From the NCBI RefSeq assembly GCF_006345805.1, contig NC_043002.1, forward strand, positions 107,446,001 through 107,510,000: 64,000 bases of DNA, written 5' to 3'. The stretch's first letter is position 1. Each line of letters opens with the position of its first letter. Origin of the DNA: Octopus sinensis (Eukaryota). The notes beneath the pieces were generated by a model. That model did not search any database and was not told the DNA's origin. It saw only the letters and a list, made by a program, of their open reading frames with translations. The position numbers and the translations under genes are program-made. Below are positions 13,245 to 26,221 of the stretch, one piece after another.

Positions 13245-13799
13245 GAGTGAGAGAGCAGTGCATGCAGTCAAAGTGACACTGGGATAAAAGGTACGAAGCC
13301 CAGTATACCCATCATGACTACCCGTCTGATAAGGGTACACCGGGCACATACATCATAACCATATGTGCGCGGTATAATGATCTCATATCAAGATAAACAG
13401 CGCATGACCTTGCAGGTGGGGCCCAGTTAGAATTTTCTTTTGGTCGAGTAGCCCATCCCACTCAAAAGGTCCCTGAATAAGGGTTGTTTAAGGATGTTGA
13501 ATGAACCACCCATGTTTCCAAAGGTGAATTATTCAAACCCCAAAGAATCCCTCTCAACACATGGCTATGATGCTCCCCCACTACTTCTGCTCGTGACCAG
13601 AGATGCACATATCGTCAGCCACTAAGGGACATGCTCAACTGGTTACGGTCAAACAACTGACAAGCAAATCTGTGGTATTGAGCAGAATATTTGCTATAGC
13701 CCATCTTTTATATCAAGACAAAACAATGTACATGATAACACTTCCAATCAGTTAAGATCAGAAGCCATGAGAGCCACTGCCTGGTACTGCATCAGGGCA
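13245..13799 (-). mobile_element. Retroposed repeat inserted in an (ATT)n microsatellite (possibly Dong/R4-related)
   Basis: ~555-bp segment bounded on both sides by long (ATT)n arrays (13196-13244, 13801-13857); family assignment rests only on target preference. Confidence 0.45.
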
Positions 13800-13800
13800 A

Positions 13801-13858
<58 letters not shown>

Positions 13859-13868
13859 ATACTCCGTT

Positions 13869-14085
13869 AAGGTGGCGAGCTGGCAGAATCGTTAGCATGC
13901 CAGGCAAAATGCTTAGCAGTATTTCGTCTGTTTGCACGTTCTGAGTTCAAATTCTGCTGAGGTCAACTTTTTCTTTCATCCTTTTGGTGATTAATAAATT
14001 AAGTACCAGTGAAACACTGGGGGTCGATGTAATCAACTAGTGCCCTACTCCAAATTTCAGGCCTTGTACCTTTAGTAGAAAGCAT
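13869..14085 (+). mobile_element. SINE family A (tRNA head + Nin/Deu-like central domain)
   Basis: GGTGGCGAGCTGGCAGAATCGTTAGC head, GAGTTCAAATTC B-box, CTTTCATCCTTT..GATAAATTAAGTACCAG core. Confidence 0.8.
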
Positions 14086-14409
14086 TATCGTTATGGTTAT
14101 GATGTTGTACCTGACAAAATGTCTTCACTAGTGTGGCATGGATGGATGGTTTTTCTGTCAGACTTTGTATTTTCAGTGACAAGTAGCATTATTTGTGGTG
14201 TATTATGTCAGTGACCTTGGTAAAGTAGATAAGGGTGTTATCACCCTTAGAAATAGTTTAGAAATTAGGGTTATTAGTTCAAATCTAAATATACACATCC
14301 AGGCATAAGATAACAAATGATGATCAATAACTAAATGGATTAAAACAAAGTGTACTAAATATATACATACATCTATACTTACAAATATATATATATATAT
14401 ATATATATA

Positions 14410-14790
14410 CTAGCAGTATCACCCGGCGTTGCTCGGGTTTGTAAGGGAAATAACTATATAAGCATTTTTAGAGGGTTATAGCCAAAAAATAGCAAAAAAA
14501 AATGCATTAAAAATGGGGAAAAAATTATGGTAAATTTTTTTTTAAATCGTTGACTCATCATAGACATTTTTATATAATAGCGAAAAATGCATTAAAATGG
14601 AAAAAAATTATGGTAAATTTTTTTTAAATCGTAGACTCATCGTAGATGCACGCTAATACCCAGAAGGGCTCGATATGAATCACAACTATAAGATACCCGG
14701 TTTTGGTTAAACTGCACCGCAAAATGTGGGAGTAGTTAGAAATCTAAATCGTGGGAGACAGACACACAACTTGACTTTTATATATAAAGA
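14410..14790 (-). mobile_element. Non-autonomous Helitron (family 1)
   Basis: Minus strand 5'-TCTTTATATATAAAAG...CCCGAGCAACGCCGGG hairpin...CTAG-3', inserted between A and T within (TA)n. Confidence 0.8.
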
Positions 14791-14804
14791 TATATATATA
14801 TAAA

Positions 14805-15230
14805 CTGGCAGCTAAACCCGGTTTCACCTTGTCGGTTTGGCTGATGTGGCTGTAAAACCTGCTCTGTGTAAACATTCGATATGTTCGGGCACGCTTACGT
14901 TAAAGAACAATTTTAGAATGACTTTTTTTTTTTTGTCAAAATACTAAAAATAACGGACCGAAAAAAGAAGAAAAAAAACAACCAAGATTCTACCAAGTCA
15001 AAAAATAAACCCAATTACTAAACGAACAAAGATGAACCAACCCACTTCCATTGTGTGCACATACGTACACAACACAAACACACACACACACACACACATT
15101 CACATACCCTACTTTTACATATACACACACATATATTCACACAGAGTTGAAATGCTCACCCCTTCCTTCCTTATTCATCTATCACCCCTTCCTTTCTCCT
15201 TCATAAACACAAGAGTATTATTATAGTAGA
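14805..15230 (-). mobile_element. Non-autonomous Helitron-like element (third family)
   Basis: Minus strand 5'-TCTACTATAATAATAC; 3' CCG..CGG hairpin then CCAG (CTAG variant), between A and T. Confidence 0.5.
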
Positions 15231-15400
15231 TTGTCTCGGTAACCATGGGAGCTATGAAAAAATACAAAGCGCAGCATCACCACTGGATCATTCTACACAT
15301 CTGTGTAATTTTTCGTGCAATTCCACCCAACCGTTTCACTGTGAATCCCAAGACAAGAAAGAATTGCCCATGTCGAATTTATATGTATAGATCATCATCA

Positions 15401-15640
15401 TCATCATCATCATCATTTAGCGTCCGCTTTCCATGCTAGCATGGGTTGGACGGTTCAACTGGGGTCTGTGAAGCCAGAAGGCTGCACCAGGCCCAGGGAT
15501 GCCCTTCCTAACGCCAACCACTCCGTGAGTGTAGTCGGTGCTTTTTACATGCCACCCGCACAGGTGCCAGACGGAGTTGGCAAACGGCCACGAACGGATG
15601 GTGCTTTTACGTGCCACCGGCACGGGGGCCAGGCGTGGCT
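15401..15640 (-). mobile_element. SINE-like repeat, family C
   Basis: (CAT)n followed by TTTAGCGTCCGCTTTCCATGCTAGCATGGG; reverse copy. Confidence 0.8.
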
Positions 15641-15999
15641 GGCAGTGTGTGTGTGTGTGTGTTATTAAAAAGTGTTTCATCATAGTTTGAAAAATTGAAA
15701 ACCTTTTCAACAGTTCATTCCAGTTATTTTATATTTTAGATAAATATTCTGTTGTGTCTCCGCAAGTTAGCTTGAATCAAATATACTAGGAAACACTCAG
15801 AGGAAAATTGAAGTTGATTTGACTATTATTTCTAGCTGATTGATTGACTTGTATCACGGATCTTCTTTTATTGGTACTGTTGTTGGTGTTATTGTTTAAC
15901 CCCTGGTCAACCTTCATTGAGTAGACATACAATCAAACTTATTCCAGACATGACCATCCTGTTATCTTTGGAATACCTTGGAACATATCTATTTCTTTG

Positions 16000-16212
16000 C
16001 TGCCCACAAGGGGCTAAACACAGAGAAAACAGACAAAGGGATTAAGTCGATTATATCGACCCCAGTGCGTAACTGGTACTTATTTAATCGACCCCGAAAG
16101 GATGAAAGGTAAAGTCGACCTCGGCGGAGTTTGAACTCAGAACGTAACGGCAGACGAAATACCGCTAAGCATTTCGTCCGACGTGCTAATGATTGTGCCA
16201 GCTCGCCACCTT
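16000..16212 (-). mobile_element. SINE family A
   Basis: Full reverse copy with CCCACAAGGGGCTAAACA tail. Confidence 0.85.
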
Positions 16213-16613
16213 TGGACCATATCATTAGCCAGTGTGTCCCTTCTATTTTGAAGACAGTAGGGTGTGATATGAGGGAGATTTGTCTACTATTTTTATCTGA
16301 AGAGACTCCCTTGTTGGCTTGGTGTTATTTTAAGCAGTGGATGGCCTACATTTTAATGCTGAGGTATCTGACCAATGCTAAATCATTGTCCATTGTCCAA
16401 CGTCCGCTTTCCATGCTAGCATGGGTTGGATGAATGACTGAGGGCTGGCGAACCAGATGGTTGCACCAGGCTTCAATCTTGATCTGGCAGAGTTTCTGCA
16501 GCTGGATGCCCTTCCTAATGCCTGTATTTCTGAACAAGGAATAGTTAATGTAGTGCAATTACCTAGAGGTTCTGAGTTCGATCCCAGGCAAGGCACTAAG
16601 GTGAATCGCAAGA

Positions 16614-16654
16614 CACCTGAAGAAGGCTGGAGCATACACAGCTGAAATGTAGTG
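16614..16654 (+). ncRNA. Minimal type I hammerhead motif downstream of a Pol III B-box
   Basis: CAC | CUGAAGA A | GGCUG...CAGCU | GAAA UGU A | GUG; stem III reads AUGU (likely CpG-decayed ACGU); B-box GTTCGATCC at 16576-16584. Confidence 0.6.
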
Positions 16655-16706
16655 AAAGCAACAATCAAGATGAGGACACCATTTCGACTAATACACACTA
16701 TTAAGT

Positions 16707-16890
16707 CATCATCATCATAATCGTTTAACGTCCGTTTTCCATGCTAGCATGGGTTGGACGATTTGACCGGGGTCTGGGAAGCCAGAAGGCTGCACCAGGC
16801 TCCAGTCTGATCTGGCAGCATTTCTACAGCTGGATGCTTTCCTAACGCCAACCACTCCGAGAGTGTAGTGGGTGTTTTTTACGTGCCACT
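16707..16890 (-). mobile_element. SINE-like repeat, family C
   Basis: Reverse copy with (CAT)n end. Confidence 0.8.
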
Positions 16891-17174
16891 AAAAACTAAA
16901 TATTGGGTTTATTATTATTGAAATTACTCAGAGCTGAGTCTGGGCCTACCAGTGACAAGTAGCTCTGAGCAAAGGTTATCTAAGTTACCTTTCCTCTCTC
17001 TCTCTCTCTCAGCTCACACTTTCTGTACATACAATCCCATTTTTTTAGACATAGTCCATCTGGGTCTATGTTATCTAATGTGCTTTTTCTATATTGAGAA
17101 GGTAGGATGTGCTTGAATGAAATTTTAGCTGCTATATATAGCAGATCAATTAGCCTCATTTGTCTTAGTATTAT

Positions 17175-17387
17175 TTTTTATTTCTTTACTACCCACAAGG
17201 GGCTAAACACAGAGGGGACAAACAAGGACAGATATCGACTCCAGTGCGTAACTGGTACTTAATTTATCAACCCCGAAAGGATGAAAGGCAAAGTCGACCT
17301 CGGCAGAATTTGAACTCAAAACGTAACGGCAGACGAAATATGGCTACGCATTTCGCCCAGCGTGCTAACGTTTCTGCCAGCTCGCCT
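17175..17387 (-). mobile_element. SINE family A
   Basis: Reverse copy, head GCCAGCTCGCC at the right end. Confidence 0.8.
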
Positions 17388-18289
17388 GTTGAATATAACA
17401 AGGATGGCTTAATAGTGCAGGGTGGAGGTAAGTTATGGCAAGCTTGGCTGAATTAGGTAGAGCTTGGTAGGGCTTGGGAGGTCAAGCCAGAGACAAGGTT
17501 TGCTATGAAACCTGGAAACATCTCCTATTGTGTGTAAGAGAAATTTTTGGGGTTTGTATCTGTGGGTCATTCCAAGACAATAAACATTGTTATGTATTTC
17601 AGACATCTGCAAGGGCAGACTGAGAATGAAATAAAATTTTTAAAAAAAAAGCAACATAAGAGAGTATTGTGTGTGAGAAGTGTTTACCGTTCCATCTCGA
17701 ACTTATACCTGTCACAACAACACCACCACCACCACTATACCCCTGTTTGTCATCATCATCACTTACACTCTCTGTTGTCATCTTCATCATCACCACCACC
17801 ACCACCACCAGTTCTATCATTGCATCCCCCATCCCTGCCACCGACTCTGACACCTCGCCCCCCCCCCCACTAACGCTGAAGGACCGTTATTGAGAATACA
17901 AAGAATGTGACAACGCCACCACCAACAATAACAAAAAGACCAACAACAATAAGTGAATATTTCTTTTTTTCAGTATTTACAAAACATGTCCCTTGTTACA
18001 TATTTAATGAAAAAACATCCACCTTGGGGGTCTTGCTCTGACTAATATCTCCATGACCCACCACCCCCCATCATCACCTGTCAATCTGTGCAGTGGCTTG
18101 ACCTATTAGAAACAGCAGCCAAATCTTCCCCCAAACTACAAACATTATCTTAAAATAGGACACTCTAGATAATTGGCTCCTAGTTTTTTTAATTAAAAAA
18201 AAAGGGGGTGGGGTGGCTAATTTGAAGGAAGGCTACATTCTGTAATTATCACAAAAGCATAATTCACTACAAGATGTAAAATATGTGAG

Positions 18290-18535
18290 TAGGAGTGGCT
18301 GTGTTGTAAGTAGCTTGCTTGCCAACGACATGGTTCCGGGTTCAGTTCCACTGTGTGGCACCTTGGGCGAGTGCCTTCTACAATAGCTGACCTAAGCCTT
18401 GTGAGTGGATTTCATAGAGGGAAACTGAAAGAAGCCCATCGTATATGTATATATATATATGTATATATATATTTATATATATATATGTATATATATATGT
18501 ATAAATATATATGTATATATATATATGTATATATG

Positions 18536-18573
<38 letters not shown>

Positions 18574-18810
18574 TTTGTGTGTATGTGTGTGTATATGTTT
18601 GTGTGTCTGTGTTTGTCCCCCTCAACATCGCTTGTCAACCAATGCTGGTGTGTTTACGTCCCCGTAACTTAGCGGTTCGGCAAAAGAGACCGAGAGAATA
18701 AGTACTAGGCTTCCAAAGAATAAGTCTTGGGGTTGATTTGCTCGACTAAAGGCGGTGCTCCAGCATGGCCACAGTCAAATGACTGAAATAAGTAAAAGAG
18801 TAAAAGAATA
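18290..18810 (+). mobile_element. SINE family B with expanded internal (TA)n/(TG)n
   Basis: Head, body and tail all present around ~170 bp of microsatellite. Confidence 0.85.
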
Positions 18811-19007
18811 GTACTTGATTGTTATGAAAGGAAAGACATATTCAAGACATCATTCTAGGAGATATTTTAACCCTTTAGCACTCAGGTTTCTCTGTCAAAT
18901 CTCCTGCCTATTTATTCAAAATGATTTGGATTAGTCGTGCATTACCTTGTCGCTTTTAATTTTTTGTGATGTGTTTGTTTATTTTTAGAATGATATTGTA
19001 GGATAAC

Positions 19008-19585
19008 TAAGGTGGCAAGCTGGCAGAAATGTTAGCATGCCGGGTGAAATGCTTAGCGGTATTTCATCTGTCTTTATGTTCTGAGTTCAAATTCTGCCGA
19101 GGTCGACTTTGCCTTTCATCATTTCAGGGTCATTAAATTAAGTGCCAGCTATGCACTGGGGTCGATGTAATCGACTTAATCCGTGTGTCTGTCCTTGTTT
19201 GTACTCTCTGTGTTTAGCCCCTAGTGGGTAGTAAAGAAATAGGTATTTTGTCTGCTGTTACGTCCTAAGTTCAAATTCTGCCGAGGTCGACTTTGCCTTT
19301 CATCGTTTCGGGGTCGATTAAATAAGTACCAGTTATGCACTGGGGTCGATATAATCGACTTAATCCGTTTGTCTGTCCTTGTTTGTCCTCTCTGTGTTTA
19401 GCCCCTTGTGGTTAGTAAGAAATAGGTATTTCATCTGTCTTTACATTCTGAGTTCAAATTCTGCCATGGTCGACTTTGCCTTTCATCCTTTCAGGGTCGT
19501 TAAATTAAGTACCAGTTGCATACTAGGGTTGATCTAATCGACTGACCCCCTCCCTAAAAATGTCAAGCCTTGTGCCTAGGGTAGA
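19008..19585 (+). mobile_element. SINE family A tandem multimer
   Basis: One head followed by three consecutive body units joined at AAGAAATAGG|TATTT. Confidence 0.8.
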
Positions 19586-21069
19586 AAACAATATTGTAGG
19601 GTAAGTGTGAGAGACTAAATCTGGCCAATTTGAAGATAATACAGGCAGATTGTCTTGGACAGATAAGGCTGGCTTGAATGCTGGCGGATTAAAGATTGAG
19701 ATTAATAAATTCCTATTTTGAAATAAAAGAGAAATCAAATATAATAGAAATATTGAGTTTCTTGGCACTAAACTTTTACAAGTTTGGTAAATGTCTTTTT
19801 TCAAATTTGTTAAAAAAAAGTCTTGGAATTTTATACTGAGGCTTGACTTGATCTAATTTAATTTTTGAAAATTTTATGTAAAGGGCCATCCATTAGGTGG
19901 TGATGGCCACCACTTAGATAGTGTGGTTTATCATCTTCAATATTTGAGCAGGTGGTGAGTAGACAGAATCATTAAAACACCAGGTAAAATGCTTAATGGC
20001 ATTTTACCCGTCTTTGCGTTTGATGTTCAAATTCCATCAAGGTTGACTTTGCTTTTCATCCTTTCGGGGTCAATAAAATGAGTACCAGTTACACACTGGG
20101 GTTGATGTTGTTGACTTAACCCCCCTCCCCTGAAATCTCTGGCCTTGCACTAACATTTGAAACCAATGTTAGCCCTGTCATGTAAAAATGAAATCGGAAA
20201 AGACAGGGTGGTCATAGCTGGATTGCCTTCCTCTAAAGTCTGTTCAATCAGTTCAGACCTGGGGCTAAAAACAAAAAAAAACAAATTAGGTCTCTGACTC
20301 GGTGAATGTCCTTACTTCCCTCATCACCGCCTCTCATTACTCCCCACCCTCGCTCGCTCTTCCCTTAGCAATGTCCTGTTCAAACAATGTCCACATTATT
20401 TCATAAATGTTCTTCAAACTGTGTTTGTTTTGTTTGGGATTTTCTAATGCTTCCCCTCCACCCTGTACCCACCCACCCAACTTACTCCTCTCCCCCTCCT
20501 CTCAGACTTACCACTTCTGCAGCTCCCATTGTTGTTGTTGTTGTTGCTTAACCACAGGTCAACTTATATTGAACCGACTTTTAATCAAAAGGCCTTCTTG
20601 CTGTGACCATCCTTTATCTTGAAAAGCAGGATAGTGGTGGTGGTGGTGGTGGTTATGAAGATTGTAGTGGTTGTGATAGTAGTGGTAGTGGGTGTAGTTG
20701 TTGTGGTGGTGGTTATATTGTTTACACAAAGCTTTTGGTAAACTGTTTGCTTTGGTGCAATTTTGCACCAACAAGAAGACATAATTGCAATATTTTTGCA
20801 GTTTCATCTACTTCTTTGGAGTTTATTGAGAGAGTCTACAGTCGCTGGTTCCCATGCTCTATATTAACCATTAAGCTAATGTTGTCTTTTCCTGGTTACA
20901 TAACTTTTCTTTCTTTTTTAATTGGTGTTTTAATACTCCATACATTTAATGTTAGTTCTTGGTTGTTGTTTTTTTTTTTTTGTGCAGACCATGTCTCTGG
21001 GTAATTAACTGCTGTGATTAATTGTATTTTTTTAAATATGCTAATTTTTCACACTTGCTCGTATCATGT

Positions 21070-21213
21070 GTGAAAGGCAAAATAGGAATTTTGAAAAAAA
21101 GTTTTTTATAAAACTAGTTTTTTAGACATAGAATGGCTATTGGGGTCTACCAGGATAAAGTAGGGATCAAAAGGGTCCATAGGTGAAAAAAAGAAAATGG
21201 TTGAGAACCACTG
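21070..21213. mobile_element. hAT-like MITE terminal fragment
   Basis: Ends in GGTTGAGAACCACTG (reverse complement CAGTGGTTCTCAACC, a typical hAT terminus); partner TIR not found. Confidence 0.45.
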
Positions 21214-21791
21214 TTTTACATGATTACTCAGCTTTCTAGAAATAGCAGTGAAATTGTACTATTACACTGCTATCATCTTGACAAATAATTTGTCAGATAA
21301 TAACAGTTATGGGTCCCTTCCATGTTGGTATAAGATGAGATGGTCATGATTAGAATGCCTTTGATTGCAGGATTGATCTGCAGCTAAACATCAACAAAAA
21401 TACTTGTTTTACTGAGGATCACTAGTAAGGCTGAAACATGTCCACAGTTGTCTCCCACATTAAACAGTGAGTGAATGTCTTTTTCTCACCACTTATTTCT
21501 TATTAGTTTTGGGGTTTAGTGGGCTGGGGTCATATTTTCTATTGACCAAGAACAATGGATTTGCAGAATTAGCCTAATGGTATTTTGTTGCAATGCTTCA
21601 TGTTATGAGTTCAAATTCTACCAAGGCTGGCTTTACTATCATCCTTCTTAGAACACTAAATTCCCCATCAAGTACTGGAAGTACTGGCCAAATAGACAAC
21701 CCCCTCACCCCTTGAAATCAGAAGCATTAGTACCAACAAAGTGATTATCCTTCACGTTTTCAAGATTTATCTTCTGTATGTTGTTCTCTTG

Positions 21792-22120
21792 TGGAGGCGC
21801 AATGGCCCAGTGGTTAGGGCAGCGGACTCACGGTCATAGGATCACGGTTTCGATTCCTAGACTAGGCATTGTGAGTGTTTATTGAGCGAAAACACCTTAA
21901 GCCTCACAAGGCTCTGGCAGGGGGTGGTGGCAATCCCTGCTGTACTCTTTCGCCGCAATTTTCTCTCACTCTTTCTTCTGTTGGCCTGCTCGCTTAGCCA
22001 GCAGGGTGGCTTCATTTAAAGGCTAAAACAATGTGAAACGCATTGTGACCAGCGATGTGTAGCAACATCTGATAGCCTGGTCAGTCACGGTGATCACATC
22101 ACCGGTGATCACGGTGATGT
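21792..22120 (+). mobile_element. tRNA-derived SINE, family D
   Basis: GGAGGCGCAATGGCCCAGTGGTTAGGGCAGCGG...GTTTCGATTCC head. Confidence 0.8.
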
Positions 22121-22504
22121 TGTTCTCTCATCCCAGGGATATATGCTGAGTGTTCCATCTGTAAACATGCTTACTTAATCTTTTTCAGGAATAGTTTATC
22201 TAGGAGTACCTTATCCAATGTGTGCTTATTTTTGTTTGATGGTAGGATGAAATTTGGCTGTTATTTCTAACAGATCAAATGACTGCAAGCACATTATCCA
22301 AACATCATTCTCAATCTTTTTCCACTTTCCCTTAAGAAGGATTTTGTCAAAAATGCCAAATATTCTACCAGCTTAAAAAATCTTTACAATTTACTAATAA
22401 ATTAAATTTTTGATAAAAATAAGGATCAGTTAAGTACGTAGGCTGATGTTATTGACCAACCTTCTAGAATATTTCAGGCCCTGTGCTTATAACAGAAAGG
22501 ATTA

Positions 22505-22875
22505 TTATTAGCTCTGCCTTAGTGAAGGCAGAGGTATTGTTTTCAGTCATATTTGTTTGTTTGTCCATGGACGAAATATCTCAAGAACCACTGGATGGAT
22601 TCAGATGAAACTTTCAGGAATGTTTGGCCTTGTGATCGGCACAAACTGATTAGATTTTGGAATTGATCTGGTACCAGACAAGGATTCTGGATTATTTTTC
22701 CTGCTTTTTACTTAATTTTTGAGAGCGGTCGGATTCCTTTTTAGTATTCTCGTTTATGAGAGCACTCGAGTTTATTTCAGATATTCTCATTTTAAAAATC
22801 CTCTCTGGCTAATCATTAAGAGGACGTTGGTGTTGCCTTGGCGGAGGTTTGCGCCCTCTGAGTATTCTTGTTATT
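22505..22875 (+). mobile_element. Helentron/HINE (DINE-1-like) non-autonomous element
   Basis: 5' hairpin CTCTGCCTT-AGTG-AAGGCAGAG (22512-22533), (GTTT)n tract, 3' subterminal GGCGGAGG (22840-22847) and TT-rich ends. Confidence 0.55.
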
Positions 22876-24606
22876 AGCTGGCAGAATCGTTAGCACGCTG
22901 GATGAAATGCTTAGTGGTATTTTGCCTGTTGCTACGTTCTGAGTTCAAATTCTTCTGAGGTTTACTTTGCCTTTCATCCTCCCAGAGTCTATAAATTAAG
23001 TACCAGTAATACACTAGGGTTGATGTGATCGATTGTCCTGCTCCTCACAAAAATCCAGGCCTTGTGCCTGTAGTATAAAGGATCTTTTTTATTATTGTTG
23101 CTGTTGTTGTTAAGGTGTGTTTAGAGACTGGAAATGTGCAACTATGTGTGGGGTCTGGTCAAGGGGAGAGAGAAAGAGAAAGCATATCTGTTAAATTAAG
23201 ATATATATTATAGGTGCAGGCGTGGTTCCGGGTTCAGTCCCACTACGTGGCACCTTGGGCAAGTGTCTTCTACTATAGCCTCTTGCCAACCAAAGCCTTG
23301 TGAATGGATTTGGTAGACGGAAACTGAAAGAAGCCCGTCATGTGTGTGTGTATTGTCTCTCACTACCTCATGACAACCAGTGTTGGTGTGTTTATGTCCC
23401 TGTAACTTAGCGGTTTGGCAATAAGAGTCCGATAGAATAAGCACCAAGTTTTTAAAAAAATAAGTGCTGGTGTCGATTCGTGCGACTGAAATTCTTCAGG
23501 GCGGTGATCCAGCATGGTCGCAGTCTAACAACCGAAACAAATAGAATATAAAAGATGTGTATGTATAACCTGTCGAGATCTTCCAGTGTAAACTGTATAT
23601 TCTTTTATTCGTTTCAGTCATTTGACTGCGTCCAAGCTGGAGCACCGCCTTTGGTCGAGCACATCGACCCCAGGATTTATTCCTTGTAAGCCTAGTACTT
23701 ATTCTATCGGACTCTTTTTACTGAAGCGCTAAGTTACGAGGACGTAAACACACCAACATCGGTCTTTATGCTACGATGGCGGGGACAAACATACACACAC
23801 GCAAATGCATACATACGTACATGTATGTGGTTAGAAGCTTGCTTCTCAACCACATGGTCCCTGGTTCAGTTCCACAGTGTAGTACCTTGGGCAAGTCTCT
23901 TCTGCTAATGGAAAATTCGTTTAACCGATACCTGGGTAGCAAATTCACGTCAGAAAACACGGTTGAAGCGACCTGTCAAGGGTAGAAACTCCGGGTTCTT
24001 GTGTGGAAATTTCTGTGTTTTTTATATGAATAAGTGAAAGAATGGAGTCGAACGAAGATTTTAACAAAATTCCTTTACTCTCGACACATGTTTCGAAGAC
24101 GGCGAGCCTCTTTCAGCCACAAGGAATTTTGTTAAAATCTTCGTTTGACTCCATTCTTTCATTTATTCATATATATATATATGACGGGCTTCCGTCTACC
24201 AAATCCACTCACAAGGCTTTGGTCGGCCTGAGGCTATAGTTGAAGACACTTGCTCAAAGTGCCACGTAGTGAGACTGAACCCGGAACCGTGTGGTTGGGA
24301 GCAAGCTTCTTACCACACGGCTATTCCTGCGTCTTAGACACTTATAAGCAACAAGATAAGTCGTAGAGAGAGAAAGAAGCCGTCTTAGTGAGGCCAGTAT
24401 CTCGGCATCATTTTTACGATCGAAATACTACTTTCATATTTTGGCACAAGGCCAGCAGTTTTGAAGGAGAGTGTAAGTCGATTACACCGACCCTAGTACC
24501 CAACTGGTACTTAATTCGTCGATTCCGAAAAGAGGGAAGACAAAGTCGACCTCGGCGGAATTTGAACTCAGAACGTAGAGGTGTTACGTTGGAAATATTA
24601 ACAGTT

Positions 24607-24995
24607 AGGCGCAGGAGTGGCTGTGTGGTAAGTAGCTTGCTAACCAACCACATGGTTCTGGGTTCAGTCCCACTGCGTGGCATCTTGGGCAAGTGTCTTC
24701 TGCTATAGCCCCGGGCCGACCAATGCCTTGTGAGTGGATTTGGTAGACGGAAACTGAAAGAAGCCTGTCGTATATATGTATATATATGTGTGTGTTTGTC
24801 CCCCTAGCATTGCTTGACAACCGATGCTGGTGTGTTTATGTCCCCGTCACTTAGCGGTTCGGCAAAAGAGACCGATAGAATAAGTACTGGGCTTACAAAG
24901 AATAAGTCCTGGAGGTCGATTTGCTCGACTAAAGGCGGTGCTCCAGCATGGCCGCAGTCAAATGACTGAAACAAGTAAAAGAAGAGTAAAAGAGT
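24607..24995 (+). mobile_element. SINE family B, well preserved
   Basis: Complete GGCGCAGGAGTGGCTGTGTGG to GTAAAAGAG unit; more degenerate copies at 23.2-24.3 kb. Confidence 0.85.
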
Positions 24996-25090
24996 TAAAT
25001 TAATTTCATGATTGGATTATGGGGGTTATTTCTCCGAGGTTGGTGGGGGGGGGTCGCACTGTGCCATGTTGGACATTGGTTCACCCCCGC

Positions 25091-25121
<31 letters not shown>

Positions 25122-26105
25122 AGTAACTATGCAATATCCACCCACAACACGTCACACCAATATTCCACCACCACCACCACCACCACATCACATATATCCC
25201 CCAACAACACATCACAGGAACATGCTTAACATGTGGTTTATTTATTTGTGTGTGTATTTGTTTTATGTTCTTGTCCCAGTTTCTGATCTTCATCTGCAGT
25301 CATTTTCTTTCTCTTTTACCTCAAAACACTTGAATCAGACTTGATTCCGTTCCAGCAAAATAGTTCGTCAGTTGTCTTGGAAACATTAGATATATCTTTA
25401 CACCACACCTTACACCAACATGTCTCGCATTTTTGCTCTTACTCTCCATATCTATTTCTCTGTCTTTCTCTCTCTCTCTCCCCTCTCTCTCTCTCTCTCT
25501 CCTCGCTTCTCTCCTTCCTTGTGTTATGTTTAAACTGTAATCCAGATCTTGTCTCCGTTTCATGAGAATCGATCATTTTACTCATACATGCATACATACA
25601 CTCACACACACACATATATACATATTTAACATTTTTATACAAGCGCACATATACATCATCATCATCATTATCATCATCATCATCATTTTCTATGGCACAA
25701 TGCCCTTCCTGTTGTCAACCCTCACCTATTTCCAACCAAAGTAATGTTCCTCGATGGCCAGACATGTTTTTGCAGCAATTTGAAAATGAACGACACCGTT
25801 TGTATGACGGTGGCACTCATTTACGCGATGTCAAGACAAAGAGACACAAACATACACACATTCTCCTACACACATACACATATATAGGTATATATATATA
25901 TATATATAAGAATGAATGTTTTTATATATAATGAACGTGAAATACAGGAAGGGACGAACACGGAACACAGACAAATCATTCGAAGCCTTCAATCTTCAGT
26001 CAGACACCGAATCATCATAGCAAATTTCGGCTGTTCAATTCTGATATTTGCTCCAACTCGGCCAGCCCCAAGAAAAAAAACTAAGCTGTAAGCATTAGAT
26101 TTCTT

Positions 26106-26163
<58 letters not shown>

Positions 26164-26221
26164 TATGCATACATGAGAGTTTTATATGTATGTGTTTGTC
26201 TGTTAGTGGTTACGACAACGA

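Noticed and set aside
21792-21870. tRNA genes at SINE heads
   Set aside because: A/B boxes are present but there is no complete cloverleaf, and each continues into a SINE body.
25960-26060. Minus-strand CTGAAGA with a nearby hairpin
   Set aside because: No GAAA plus palindromic stem III in the required position.
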